DNA of 63,667 nucleotides, the filler included, from Octopus bimaculoides (lineage: Eukaryota), in the NCBI RefSeq assembly GCF_001194135.2. It is 5 parts of 4 records of this genome, joined end to end, with 100 filler letters (N's around TTAATTAATTAA, not from the genome) between each part and the next. Parts side by side here need not be neighbours in the genome. Positions count along the whole stretch, not along the records: positions 15,258 to 43,575 come from NC_068987.1; 4 more parts are not named here. One strand, given 5' to 3'. Made by a program: the position numbers and the translations under genes. This document shows, piece by piece, positions 25,959-39,036 of this stretch. The notes under the pieces were generated by a model, which was given only the letters and a program-made list of their open reading frames with translations, did no database searches and was not told where the DNA came from. How positions within the stretch are numbered: the stretch's first letter is position 1; every line of letters starts with the position of its first letter.

Positions 25959-26552
25959 ACACACACCCACATACACACACACACACACACATACACACAC
26001 ACACATATATATAGTGCAAGAGCATCCTGCAAATTGCAGAAGTCAATAAGATAAAAATAGGATTTTAAAATTTATTCTTTCTCAGCGGCCTGGTAACAAA
26101 TAATCTACGGCCAGTAAAAGTGCGCCTTCTCTGGGACGGGGACCCCTCATCTGTATTATTCTATGTGCTTCTAGGTGGTAACTCAACCTGTTAGAAATGA
26201 CAGCCAAATTTGACCTCAACTTTCAGTCTATTATTTTAACGAAATAACTATCCTTCCTTGAAGGAGCAGCCCCTCCCTGGATTATATTGTCATAATAAAA
26301 CTCGCTATATCGGGATATATTAATGCTTGTTCTTACGTTCATTAATCTGATGAGTTAATCTATACTTTTGTAGAGTACAATTTTATTATTCTTATATAAA
26401 AATGTTGATAGTGACTTCGAAGTTTTGGCCAACTAAATCATCGTCGGCTTAGCTGATGATGATGATGATGATGATATTCTCATCTTTCACGTAATGTTCA
26501 AATACGATAAAGCCTGTGACGGTTATCCATTTTGTTGATCTACGTAATAATA

Positions 26553-26767
26553 ATTTCAAGTTTTTGGTACAAGGCCAGCAATTGTAGGAGCTGGGTAAGC
26601 CGATTACATCGACCCCCAGTGCTCAACTTTTACTTATTTATTTCGACTCCGAAAGGATGAAAGACAAAGTCGACCTCGGCGAAATTCGAACTCAGAACGT
26701 AAGGGCAGACGAAATGCCGTTAAGTATTTTGTCCGGTGTGTTAACGATTCTGCCGGTTCACTGCCTT
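26553..26767 (-). mobile_element. SINE family A
   Basis: Matches family A. Confidence 0.85.
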
Positions 26768-27411
26768 GATCTGCTACGTAATAATGACACTTTACTTATG
26801 TATGTTTATGGCGTTATTCTAATCTTCATCTCCACGATAATGACGTTAATTATATGCAAAACATTAGTTGAATAAGAATATTAAGGACTTAAGAGTTGAG
26901 ATGGAGAAGAAAATAAAATTGAATTCAATAAGTGCATGGAAGTTATAAAGTTATACAATATTCTCCATACGCCATACCGCTAAACTCAAATTTGCTTCAC
27001 TAATAACTAGAAAATAAAAAAATGAAAAAAATGAAGAAAAACTTCTGGTAAAACGATTCTCGTCCTTGTAATAAAAATGAACAGCAGTTCTTAATGATAT
27101 AATTATGATATTAGATATATTTTAATATTGTTAGAGAATATCTCACTGCAACGAGATTATCGTATTCACTGTAATGAGATTTATTAAGATCTTCCTGTCG
27201 ACGTTATGTTGCTTCAGCAATTTCATTTACACTGGGTTTGTTGATCCACACCAACGTCAGAATTATTACTGGTATGTGAGATATTCACTTCACAGGAATA
27301 CCTCCATCATCATGACCATTTCTGCAGGGTTTTAGATTTGATCGTTTCAAAATACATTCCAATTTCTCGGGAGAATTTTACCGTTACGGTGTCGAAGGAT
27401 TTAGTATCTCA

Positions 27412-27627
27412 AGGCGGCGAGCCGGCAGAATCGTTAGCACACCGGGCGAAATGCTTAGCGGTATTTCGTCTGTCTTTACATTCTGAGTTCAAATTCCGCC
27501 GAGGTCGACTGTACCTTTCATCCTTGTGGGGTCGATAAATTAAGTACTAACCACGTACTGGGGGTCGACTTAATCGACTGGCCCCCTCATCCAAAATTTC
27601 TGGCCTTGTGCCTAAAGTAGAAAAGAA
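27412..27627 (+). mobile_element. SINE family A
   Basis: Full head (ggcggcgagccggcagaatcgttagc) to tail. Confidence 0.88.
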
Positions 27628-27864
27628 TGATTTAGTATCTTCCTTATCATCGTTGTTACCAAAGATACATCGGGACAACAAACGAACGTCGATGCTGACG
27701 TACACTCTGCAAGAAATAGCGGCAAAATATCCCTCAAATCATATCATACTCCTCATATTTATAAAAAGACTCTAAAGCTGATTATTTGCGATATATATTT
27801 TTATGCTCGTTCCTTTTTTTCCGTATGCAATATCTCATATTTGCTCTTTTACTTGTTCTACTCT

Positions 27865-28263
27865 ATTACTCTTTTACTTGTTTCAGTCATTTGACTGTGG
27901 CCATGCTGGAGCACCGCCTTTAGTCGAGCAAATCGACCTCAGGACTTATTCTTTGTAAGCCTAGTACCTATTCTATAGGTCTCTTTTGCCGAACCGCTAG
28001 GTTACGGGGACGTAAACACACCAGCATCGGTTGTCAAGCGATGTTGGAGGAGGGGACAAACACAGACAGACATGCATATATATATGTGTATATACACATA
28101 TATGCGACGGGCTTCTTTCAGTTTCCGTCCTACCAAATCCACTCACAAGGCTTTGGTCGGCCCGAGGCTATAGTAGAAGACACTTGCTCAAGGCGCCACG
28201 CGATGGGACAGAACCTGGAACCATGTGGTTCGTAAGCAAGCTACTTACCACACAGCCACTCCT
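27865..28263 (-). mobile_element. SINE family B
   Basis: Full match. Confidence 0.88.
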
Positions 28264-28977
28264 CGTTGTTTTTTTGCATCCAAATTAAGGATGTAATGCA
28301 CAGAAAAAGTGAGGAAAAGAAATACTATCACTCTGATATAATTTAAACATTTCCATGTGACTGTATCCTACAATGACGGTGTTATTTGGAAATGCTAAGA
28401 ACAACCTAGACGTTCTTAGTGTTTACCGTGATATCATCAAAATTATGAGGCTCCTGTCTTAGGTAAGCCTGCTAGGTAAGATTATATCAAGGGCTTTGCT
28501 GTAATCAATTCAAGTATACGAGGGGGTAACCAAAAGTAACCAGAAACGTTCTCTGTGGGACAAACTCATTGTAGTTCAGGCTTCCGCCGCAGAAGCCACT
28601 TGATGCGACCTTCAGGTATCAATACTGTCACGTGGGGCGTCTTTGTTTTGTAGTGCTTCTCCGTGAAATTCTGTTTTCTGCTGGGGAAAACGGCGACCGA
28701 AACAGTTGTTATGCTTCAAAAAGTTTACAATAACGCTGTCATTAATAAGACACAAGTTTACGAGTGGTTCCAACGCTTTAGGAATGGTCAGTTGTTGCTT
28801 GAAGACCAATCTTGTTCAGAGCGACCGTCAACCTCCCGAACGAATGAAAACATCATGAAAATTCATGAACTGATCTTGGAGGACCGTCACCGAACAATTG
28901 ACAAACTTGCTGATATGACTGGTGTGTCTCGGAGCTCTCGCCAACGAATTTTAAGGGAGGAATTGCGAATACTCAAT

Positions 28978-29207
28978 ACTCTCTCTCTTTTACTTGTTTC
29001 AGTCATTTGACTGCGGCCATGCTGGAGCACCGCCTTTAGTTGAGCAAATCGACCCCAGGACTTATTCTTTGTAAGCCTAGTACTTATTCTATCGGTTTCT
29101 TTTGCCGAACCACTAAGTTACGGGGACGTAAACACGCCACCATCGGTTGTCAAGCGATGTTGGGGGGACAAACACAGACACTCAAACATATATACATNNN
29201 NNNNNNN

Positions 29208-29262
<55 letters not shown>

Positions 29263-29351
29263 CGACGGACTTGCCCAAGGCGCCACGCAGTGGGAATGAA
29301 CCCGGAACCATGTGGTTTGTAAGCAAGCTACTTACCACACAGCCACTCCTG
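28978..29351 (-). mobile_element. SINE family B nested in the mariner
   Basis: Full match apart from a central deletion. Confidence 0.88.
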
Positions 29352-29650
29352 CAAAATTTATGCCTCGCTTGCTTATAGAATATCAAAAGCAGCCACGACA
29401 ATGTGTGTCGTAACTGAAAATACAGTTGGGAGTTGATCCGTCCATTTTTTCGAAGGTCATCACGGGTGACGGAAGATGGTGCTACGGAAATTGCAACTAT
29501 GGGAGAGATGAAGAAAAAAAAATGAGAGAGGCATTAAAAGGCATCACTTCGTAAGAGTTCCAGTACCGCTTCGAATAATGGAAAATGCGCTTGGACCGAT
29601 GCATTGCTTCAAATGGAGAATACTTCGAAGGCGGTAAAAGTGTAAACATG

Positions 29651-29819
29651 TGCAGGAGTGGCTGTGTGGTAAGTAGCTTGCTTACCAGCCACATGGTTCC
29701 GGGTTCAGTCCCACTGCGTGGCGCCTTGGGCAAGTGTCTTCTACTATAGCCTCGGACCGACCAAAGCCTTGTGAGTGGATTTGGTAGACGGAAACGGAAA
29801 GAAGCCCGTCGTATATATG

Positions 29820-29852
<33 letters not shown>

Positions 29853-30080
29853 GTGTGTGTGTGTGTGTGTGTTTGTGTTTATGTGTCTGTGTTTGTCTTC
29901 CCAACATCGCTTGACAACCGATGCTGGTATGTTTACGTCCCCGTAACTTAGCGGTTTCGGCAAAAGAGACCGATAGAATAAATACTAGGCTTACAAAGAA
30001 TAAGTCCTAGGGTCGATTTGCTCGACTAAAAGCGGTGCTCCAGCATGGCCGCAGTCAAATCACTGAAACAAGTAAAAGAG
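29651..30080 (+). mobile_element. SINE family B nested in the mariner
   Basis: Full head-to-tail match; close to the family consensus. Confidence 0.9.
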
Positions 30081-30756
30081 TACGTAAAACTAAGTGAATA
30101 AGATAATATTGCAAAATTCCGGTTTCTTTTGGGTACCCCCGTATGCCTGTTACTTATGCAATCTCGTTGGTGTGTGTGTGTGTGCATTCTCTGGTATTTT
30201 ATTTTGTTAACGAGGAGCTACTTCTGCAGGGCTTGACCTTATGCAGGTATGAAAGATTTTGGTATAGTCGTTTTAGTCAAAGACCAGTTAGCAGTGCCAA
30301 AATAAATGGCGAATTAAGTCTTATAAGCGACAATGTTAGAAATCATTATTATCTCCACCATTGAGAAATAAGTTAAAACCTTATATAGGAAATTGAAATT
30401 GTTTAAAAAAAAAACCCCATTTAATTTCGACATCTATTTTGGTGTGGGTTTGGGTAATAGCTAGAAAATCGAAAATTAGAAAATAGAAAATTATTATTCG
30501 GCTTCTCAGACCAGTATTTTTTGGACTAAGTTTTCTTGATAAAACTTTCCAGTCAGTTTTGAAGTGCTTCACTGTGGTTATGACAACTAGGTTTATGACG
30601 TTAGTGGTTTGAGTGACAAGAGTTAAATATCTTGCAGAGGGATATACTTATGCTGATGTTTTCATATCCTCTGTAGTTGGTATATGTCGTAAACTAGGTA
30701 GACTGAGGAGCAGTTTCAATCTCTGGTCGAGATCATATATTGCCACATACGCTGTT

Positions 30757-30862
30757 GTACTTTCGGAGGTCGATAAAATAAGTACCAGTTGAATGCTGGG
30801 CTCGAAGTAATCGATCGAGCCCCTGCAGCGAAATTGCTGGCCTTGTGCTAAAATTTGAAACC
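30757..30862 (+). mobile_element. SINE family A, 3' part
   Basis: gaggtcgataaaataagtaccagttg..gccttgtgc. Confidence 0.75.
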
Positions 30863-31255
30863 ATTTAAAAAAAAGATTTATTCAAAAACCGTTATACATA
30901 TGTTCCAATAATGAATTTATACGCTAATGGTGATTTGTTAAAAACACAAGCGAACGAAGAAGTTTTCAATGTTAAAGTTAATAGGATGTTGTGAGATTTG
31001 TGTCTTTATTCGAAAGACATGAAGAAAAAATATAAATTACGCTAAATTATGTTTATGTATGTTTATGACTATTCTCATCGTCACGTGCTGCGTAATGATA
31101 ACGTTAATTATAAGTAGAACATTATGATGAGAATTCTAATTATGTTTAGTCAGTGTAGTTATTCAAATATACAGCATCATATATGTGGCAGCACATTGTA
31201 TATAATCACGAAACGACTGTCACTGAACAATTAGAACGTCATATGTAAGATGTGT

Positions 31256-31524
31256 GTGGAGGCGTGTGGCTTTGTGGTTAGGGTGTCAGCACCATGATCG
31301 TAAGATTGCGGTTTCGATTCCATGACCGGGCGATGCGTTGTGTTCTTGAGCAAAACACTTCATTTCACGTTGCTTCAGTCCACTCAGCTGGCAAAAATGA
31401 GTAACGCTGCCATGGACTGGCGTCCGGTTCAGCCGGGGGAACACATACGCCATTGAAACCGGGAAACCGGGCCCATGAGCCTGGCTAGACTTTAAAAGGG
31501 CGCATATATTATATTATTTTTTCT
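31256..31524 (+). mobile_element. tRNA-headed SINE family C with a perfect 14-bp TSD
   Basis: TATGTAAGATGTGT at 31242-31255 and 31525-31538; ggtttcgattcc B-box; gtgttcttgagcaaaacacttcatttcacgttgct core. Confidence 0.9.
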
Positions 31525-31884
31525 TATGTAAGATGTGTAATTACGACATAGTATTTATTATGTACTTCAGAGGGAGATCGTGTCATTGATGAGATTGTGA
31601 ATAGCGACGAAAAGACTCTAACAGGGATGATTAATGACCCATTGATTGTTTAATTAACACATTAAACAAACCATTGGATAGTTAGTTGCTAAAATAAAGA
31701 TGTGGTATCGATTCAGTGCGTGTGTTTATTTTGATTTTTACTGGCATAATGACCTTCCTTAGACAGCACAGAATTTATCTTGTAATTATGAAGTCATATG
31801 GAGAGATTTTTTAATTTTTATCTTATTTTATGATATTCACCGGTATAATATGTTGGTAATATAAAGCCAGATGGTGAGGGGTGG

Positions 31885-32083
31885 GGGTGTACTGGCAGAA
31901 TCGTTGCCACGCCGGACAAATTTTCGTCCGTCTACTTTCTGAGTTCAAATTTCGCCAACGTCGACTTTGCGCTGAGTCCTTTCGGGGGCGATAAAGTGAG
32001 GACCAGTTGATCCCTTGGGGTCGACGTCATCGAAGTACATCCTCACTTGAACCTGCTGACCTTGTGACAAAGTTTGAAACCGA
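31885..32083 (+). mobile_element. SINE family A (diverged)
   Basis: Matches family A. Confidence 0.75.
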
Positions 32084-33334
32084 TATAAAGCCAGTGTATA
32101 ATTATGACTTCTCCTTCTCAGAATAAGTCAGTATGTTCTTTTGTCGTAAATGTTTTTGTCCTTGAATTTAGTGTAAACCGCTACAAATATTTATACCTTT
32201 AACTTAATCCTCAGAAAGGATTACCTGTCACTTTGATTCCAAATACAAAACGTCCGACGAAATTTTTTTTAGTTTCCGTCAACCAAATTTCATTCATAAT
32301 TTTTTCGATCAGTCTGAAGCTGTTAAAACACACTCGACGAAGATGCAACACAGTAGAATCGAACTCAGAACTGTTATAGTCGCAAAACAAAGAATCTTAA
32401 CCCCTCGTCCATGCACACACATTTTTATACATTCGCATGGATGTAAACTCCCAGCTGAACTTTAATTATGGTCTAACCACATAACACACTCACTCATATG
32501 AACACATTCATGAACACGAATTGATATCTTTCTCTCTCTCTCTTTTCCTCTCTCTGTCTTTTTCTCTTCTCTATTCTTTCGTCTTCGTTGTCGCTCTCAC
32601 TTTCAAATCAAACATGCACATCTTCATACGTACAAATATGCAAAACCCATGTATTGTAACACATTCTGATGCATATATATCTATCCATAGTTATACTGCA
32701 TACATTCACGAATAATAATACATAAATATTCAAAGACACTATTTTCCTCATTTCATGTAACTCTTTTCTTTGCTTCCTTCTTTAATTCATACGGAAGCAT
32801 ACAACCAATAAAACGCCAAAGCAGAGGCATAGACACATATACATCTTCAAACACAGACATTTTCTCAATTATAAAATAATAATTTATTTGTTTGTCGAGA
32901 GGAAACTGCACATTCGTTACTTTAGTTTTTGAACGTCGCTTCCTGCTGCATTTAGATTTTTATAATCGTTGTTACAATTCTGCTTTACATGAGACTGCAA
33001 GCAGCATTTGAGACACTTGCGTACATGATGTTAGCTGCAAAACTCAGTCAGTTTGGCGCACGTTCTCATGTAATATGGCTCCCTGATACTTTAATAGACA
33101 AACAATGAAAGCAGTGGGTGGTGTATGCTGAACATAACAAATATGATGGACTTTACACATAAATACATGCATACGTACGCACACACAAATACACACACAT
33201 ACACAGGCGTGATTTGTGTAGGTGAAGGCGCATGTTCTAGTGGTTTTGATGTTGTTGTTGCTGTTGTTGTTGTTGCTTTTGCTACATTTCATGTGTTACA
33301 ATAGTGTGGGCTGATCATTTCAAGAAAACAACTG

Positions 33335-33490
33335 GCTAAAACTAGCAACCAAATCTCCCTCAAATCGCATCCTTATCATCTTAAATAAAAATTGATACAT
33401 TGGATAACATAGTCCCTAATACACAATATGACGAGTTGCTCAGGTCTTGAAAGTCTTTGATGATAGTTATGCTCAATCAAGATTGAGTTA
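33335..33490 (+). mobile_element. Repeat family D
   Basis: aactagcaaccaaatctccctcaaatc..acattggataac. Confidence 0.6.
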
Positions 33491-33492
33491 AG

Positions 33493-33720
33493 GCGTGTGG
33501 ACTAGTAGATAGTGGGTTGCACTCACGATCGCAAGATCGTAGTTTCCATTCCTGGATTGGGAAGTGCGTTGAGTTCTTGAACAAAACATTTCATTTCACG
33601 TAACTCCAGTTCACTCAGCGGTAAATGAGTACAACCTGCGAAGGACTAGGGTCCTGTTCAGGAGGAATACTGTGATTTCAGTAATTTATTCTCCATGGAA
33701 ACCGGGTAACTGGCTCTCTT
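33493..33720 (+). mobile_element. SINE family C
   Basis: Homologous to 31256-31500. Confidence 0.75.
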
Positions 33721-34189
33721 AATAACGCCCCAGGATTGTTGTTGTTAATGATGATATTGATAATGATGACGATGATGATATATATGTGTGCATGTATTGC
33801 GTATTTTACAATTCAATGTGTATAACCAATGCTTAGCGGTATTTCGTCTGTTTTTACGTTCAGAGTTCAAATTCCGCCGAGGTAAACAAACTATTTTCGG
33901 GAATGGAGGAAGTAATACTGTCTAAGGAGAGGTTAGAGATAGGGGTAGATTGGTCTATGTTATAAACATTATTATTAATAATATTATTACTATTTCTATC
34001 GTTGTTATTATTTATCCTATCTGTAATTGTGGTGGAAGTCGGGGCATTAGCATTCTGATTAGTGTTAGTAGTATTGGTTGGGTTCTCGTTATGGTCTAAA
34101 GTATAGGGTTCGATATTGGAGCTATGTATATGTTGGGCGCTCGTGTATTCAGACTCGTTACAGTGTATATTTTGATAATAGAGAGAAAG

Positions 34190-35200
34190 TTTCCGTCTAT
34201 TAGATGATGTTATGATAGACTTAAAGTTGGGCGTGAAGGGGTATCATAGCTTTGAAATAGATCTATTAAAGAGAGTAAAATTTATGTTGACGAGGGAAGT
34301 TGAAGTCCAGTATATTAAAAAAGATTTGGTTAAGTTCCTAACATTTAGTGAGAAGGGAGGTGTACACCACAGAATAGAGCGTCTGCCGCTTTTTTTGGTT
34401 GCTTAGGGGTAGTATAATCTATATTTTTAGAAATTAGAGTGGGGTTATATGACCCGTTATTGTTAGCTGTTTTAGCTTTTGAACTAGTGCTATATGCGTG
34501 TGTGTGAGGTTTAAGCTGTTTTAATCTGGGTTACCCTAGGGTTCTAGTGTAGTGTATGTATGGTCTGTTGTGATTATGATGGTTAGCATATCGTTGTGAT
34601 ATGACTGGAGATATACGTTGCTTGAGCTTAGCACTAGAGATGTATTTTATTTGGTGTGAGAAGCTGCTGGCAGCGAGTGATTAATTGTCATATGGGGCGT
34701 GGTTATTGAATATTTCTTCAGTTGACAATAGGTCAGATATACGAATCGAGATAACCTTAACTATATTATCAAAGGTGGATTTGCGGTGATTGAAATTAAT
34801 TTTTAAGTACTGGTTGGGTTTGCGATATGTGAAGTATTGGGAAGTCTCTAAGTTTAAAGTGACGTCTAAAAAATTAGTGGTTTTGTGGGAATTTTCAAAA
34901 GTAATAGATAAGTTGAGTTCAGAGAAAAAATTGTGTAGATCTTTCTTAATTCGTTCTAAAGAGGATTTACTAACGACCTTGGCCACTAGCAAAGCGCCAT
35001 CTCTGTTGATGTTAGGGAAGTATATTCGGAGCTGATGGAGTAGGTATAGTCCAACGAGGTCGGTGACCTGGGCAGAATCGGATGATCCCATAGTAATGTC
35101 AAAGAATTTGCTATTGTTATTGTTATAGTGGTTGGCCCGGCACCAAATTTTGTCCTCGAAAGAAATGAGTTTTATGGGAATTAAGAATTATGTTAATTTC
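34190..35200 (-). mobile_element. Penelope-like element RT fragment
   Basis: MGSSDSAQVTDLVGLYLL..RDG..LERIKKDL..TNFLDVTLNL..YRKPN..IRISDLLSTEEIFN; further on RRSILWCTPPFSLNV..FNFPRQHKFYSLFNRS..PNFKSIITSSNRR; no GIY-YIG domain seen. Confidence 0.85.
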
Positions 35201-35311
35201 TTGTGCGGTTAAGTTAGTTAGATTCCTAGCTAGAAGGAGGGTGTGATTTAGAATTTTGGAAGAAATAGATGAATAGTAATTATTTGTATCAAATTGTAGG
35301 AATGAAGAAGA

Positions 35312-35343
<32 letters not shown>

Positions 35344-35369
35344 CCCACACATACACGTATATATATAGG

Positions 35370-35580
35370 TACTTGTGTGTGTCTGTGTTTGTTCCCCTAC
35401 CATCGCTTGACAGCCGATGTCGGTGCATTTACGTCCCCGTAACTTAACGGTTCACCAAAAGAGATTGATAGAATAAGTACCAGGCTTACAAAGAATAAGT
35501 CCTGGAGTCGATTTGTTCGGCTAAATGTGGTGCTCCAGCGTGGCCACAGTCAAATGACTGAAACAAATAATAGAATAAAA
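35370..35580 (+). mobile_element. SINE family B, 3' half
   Basis: Matches 29880-30080. Confidence 0.8.
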
Positions 35581-35581
35581 G

Positions 35582-35627
<46 letters not shown>

Positions 35628-36587
35628 TACACACACACACACACACACATATATATANNNNNNNNNNNNNNNNNNNNNNNNNNNNNNNNNNNNNNNNNNN
35701 NNNNNNNNNNNNNNNNNNNNNNNNNNNNNNNNNNNNNNNNNNNNNNNNNNNNNNNNNNNNNNNNNNNNNNNNNNNNNNNNNNNNNNNNNNNNNNNNNNNN
35801 NNNNNNNNNNNNNNNNNNNNNNNNNNNNNNNNNNNNNNNNNNNNNNNNNNNNNNNNNNNNNNNNNNNNNNNNNNNNNNNNNNNNNNNNNNNNNNNNNNNN
35901 NNNNNNNNNNNNNNNNNNNNNNNNNNNNNNNNNNNNNNNNNNNNNNNNNNNNNNNNNNNNNNNNNNNNNNNNNNNNNNNNNNNNNNNNNNNNNNNNNNNN
36001 NNNNNNNNNNNNNNNNNNNNNNNNNNNNNNNNNNNNNNNNNNNNNNNNNNNNNNNNNNNNNNNNNNNNNNNNNNNNNNNNNNNNNNNNNNNNNNNNNNNN
36101 NNNNNNNNNNNNNNNNNNNNNNNNNNNNNNNNNNNNNNNNNNNNNNNNNNNNNNNNNNNNNNNNNNNNNNNNNNNNNNNNNNNNNNNNNNNNNNNNNNNN
36201 NNNNNNNNNNNNNNNNNNNNNNNNNNNNNNNNNNNNNNNNNNNNNNNNNNNNNNNNNNNNNNNNNNNNNNNNNNNNNNNNNNNNNNNNNNNNNNNNNNNN
36301 NNNNNNNNNNNNNNNNNNNNNNNNNNNNNNNNNNNNNNNNNNNNNNNNNNNNNNNNNNNNNNNNNNNNNNNNNNNNNNNNACATAAACACCGCCCTCTCT
36401 CCTCATATTTGTAAAGAGAAAAATACTCACAGAGAGAGCGAGAGGGAGAGAGAGAGAGGGAGAGAGAGAGAGAGAAAGAGAGAGAAAGAGAGAGAGGGAG
36501 AGAGGGAGGGAGGGGGAGGGAGGGAAGGAGAGAGAGAAACGCTGAAACGTCTGATGCCATATACATCAGCACCGAATCAGCAACGCT

Positions 36588-36713
36588 AAATAGGCGACGT
36601 CAAATAGGCGACGCCAAATAAACGACGCCAAATAGGCGACGCCAGATAGGCGACGCCAAATAGGCGACGCCAAATAGGCGACGCCAAATAGGCGACGCCA
36701 AATAAGCGATGCC
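36588..36713. repeat. 14-bp minisatellite (AAATAGGCGACGCC) x9
   Basis: Nine consecutive units, each with 0-2 substitutions. Confidence 0.95.
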
Positions 36714-37121
36714 AAGACGGCTGTGTGAAAATGTCTCATACCCTTTTAGAACGGTATGTGGAATCTAACAGTGGCGGGGGCGGATTCTCATTTAATGCTT
36801 TTTGTTCATTTAAAATAAACTGAGTAAAAAATATTGCCTACAAAATTCAAATCACTTTCTGCCAGTTAAAAACCTTTGGAATATTAACCCTTCGCGTTGT
36901 TATTTAGCATCAGATCAGCCCTGATTGAGCAGATCTTATGATCAAGGCGTTCCAACCGTGGCCATTCAGCCTATTTGTAAAGTTTGAACTTCGTTATCTA
37001 ATGTGTTTCTTTGTAACATAATATACGTTACAAAGATAATATATGATTTGTATAAAATATATACACGATAATATATGATATGTATATAATATATACACCA
37101 TAATATATGATTTGGTGTAAA

Positions 37122-37330
37122 AGTGCATGACCTAGTGGCTAGGGTGTTGCACTCACGATCGCAAGATCATGGTTTCAATTCCCGGACCAAGCAATACATG
37201 GTGTTCTGGAGCAAAATACTTCATTTCACGTTGCTCCAGTCCACTCAGTCGCTAATAAGTGACCCTGCGATGGACTGGCATCCCGTTCATGAGGAACGTT
37301 GTGGGATCTCGGTCACTTATTCACCATAAA
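37122..37330 (+). mobile_element. SINE family C
   Basis: Homologous to 31256-31500. Confidence 0.78.
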
Positions 37331-37758
37331 AAAAAAAACGAGGAACCAGCCCGAACAGTCCAAGGACTCGAGACAACAATATCCAGGGGGAATTAATTTT
37401 AATAGGATATGATTTGAGGGAATTTGCTTGCTATTTCTAGCAGGTCACACGATAAGCTTGCAGGCTCTCTCGTTCGCTTGATTATCTGATTTGCAATGGT
37501 GTATATATATTTTTGTGCGTTGGTGAAAAACAGGAAGCCATCTTTCCAGTAGTCTTAATGAGATATGAGTTGCCTATTTCTAAATATTGCCCATCTGTCA
37601 AGTTGTTTTTAATGTTGTTGTTGCAAAATTCAAAATTAATTTGCTAAATTAATTCCGAAGCTTTTATCAGAAGCCTTTAAGGATAAAAAAATTAATATAA
37701 AAACATATTTCCATATTTTGTATTTTTGCTAAATAGGAAACAGCAAACGTAGTTTTGA

Positions 37759-37842
<84 letters not shown>

Positions 37843-37941
37843 TGGTACACACATACAAATACACATGGCTATGAATTTACGTCCACATATATGTATACCA
37901 AAAAATAAAAGTCTATAGTGTATGTGCTCACATATGTACGC

Positions 37942-37980
<39 letters not shown>

Positions 37981-38761
37981 CATATATATGTATATGTATA
38001 TATATATATGTATTTATATGTGTACACTCACAGACAAGCACACACATATATATAATATATATGCTATATATAGATATGTGTAGAAACTCATATCGTCTAT
38101 ATATATATATGTGAATGCAATTTCATGCATATATCTATTTCTAAGCAATTTTTAAAAAATGCAATTCGTAGTCTTATTGGATATTAGATAAACATATTTT
38201 AGATATTAATTAAACAAGACACAATCCCGTGGAGGTGACTGAATGAGCTTATTTGAATCCCTAATCGGGGCCACTTAAGTAATGGTTCGAACGATAAATG
38301 ATTACAAATATCTCCTCAATGGATTTTTAATCTTAGGATAACGCTAGAAAAAGTTTAAAAATTTTATTAAAAGGAATAAAATTTACATACACACATGTAT
38401 GCATATATCAACTTTGGTTGACTTTGCCTTTGGTCAATTCGGATTCAATAAAATAAGTGCCAGTTGAGCATCGGGGTTGATGGAATCGGTAAAAACCTCA
38501 TCTTGGATCAATGTAATCAACTTAATTACTCCTGGGTAAGAGTATAAAATAAAAAAAAAACGCTGCCATATCGAGTCAGTGTGGTAGAGCAGGGTCCTCA
38601 AACCAGTAAGATCTGAAGCTCAAATTCACGGCCTCTACATCAGACCATGGTTGGGGAAGAGAATATGCTGAGGCCTTCATCCTGCAATGGACTGGACATA
38701 GGCAAACCACTTAAATACAACTCATATATACATATATAGATACATAGACACACACACACAC

Positions 38762-38812
<51 letters not shown>

Positions 38813-38814
38813 AG

Positions 38815-38943
38815 GTATGGGTTCCTCATCCATATGGCTTTGCGTGCTGTCCCACTGCGTATACACGTGTCTTCTACAGTAGCTCCAGCCGATCAAAGAC
38901 AAGTGAGTGGATTTGGTAGACGGAAGCACATATACATATGTCG

Positions 38944-38989
<46 letters not shown>

Positions 38990-39036
38990 GTGTGTGCGTG
39001 TGCGTGTGCGTCCTTGTGTTTGTCCAGCACCACCGC
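38815..39036 (+). mobile_element. SINE family B (degraded, ends where the Tc1 TIR starts)
   Basis: gtcccactgcgt..gtgtcttctac..gtgagtggatttggtagacggaa, then (TG)n. Confidence 0.65.

Larger units (their letters stand above)
28519..30141 (+). mobile_element. Internally deleted mariner transposon with both TIRs and TA TSDs, interrupted by two SINEs
   Basis: Left TA|cgagggggtaaccaaaagtaaccagaa; right end reverse complement TA|cgggggtacccaaaagaaaccggaa; KFCFLLGKTATETVVML..TQVYEWFQRFRNG..RPSTSRT..; AKFMPRLL..KVITGDGRWCYG; WKMRLDRCIASNGEYFEG. Confidence 0.9.

Noticed and set aside
31256-31330. tRNA genes at SINE heads (also 27412, 29651, 38570)
   Set aside because: A/B-box-like motifs only; no complete cloverleaf, and they run into SINE bodies.
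36588-36713. CRISPR-like array
   Set aside because: Units are contiguous with no spacers, and the context is eukaryotic.
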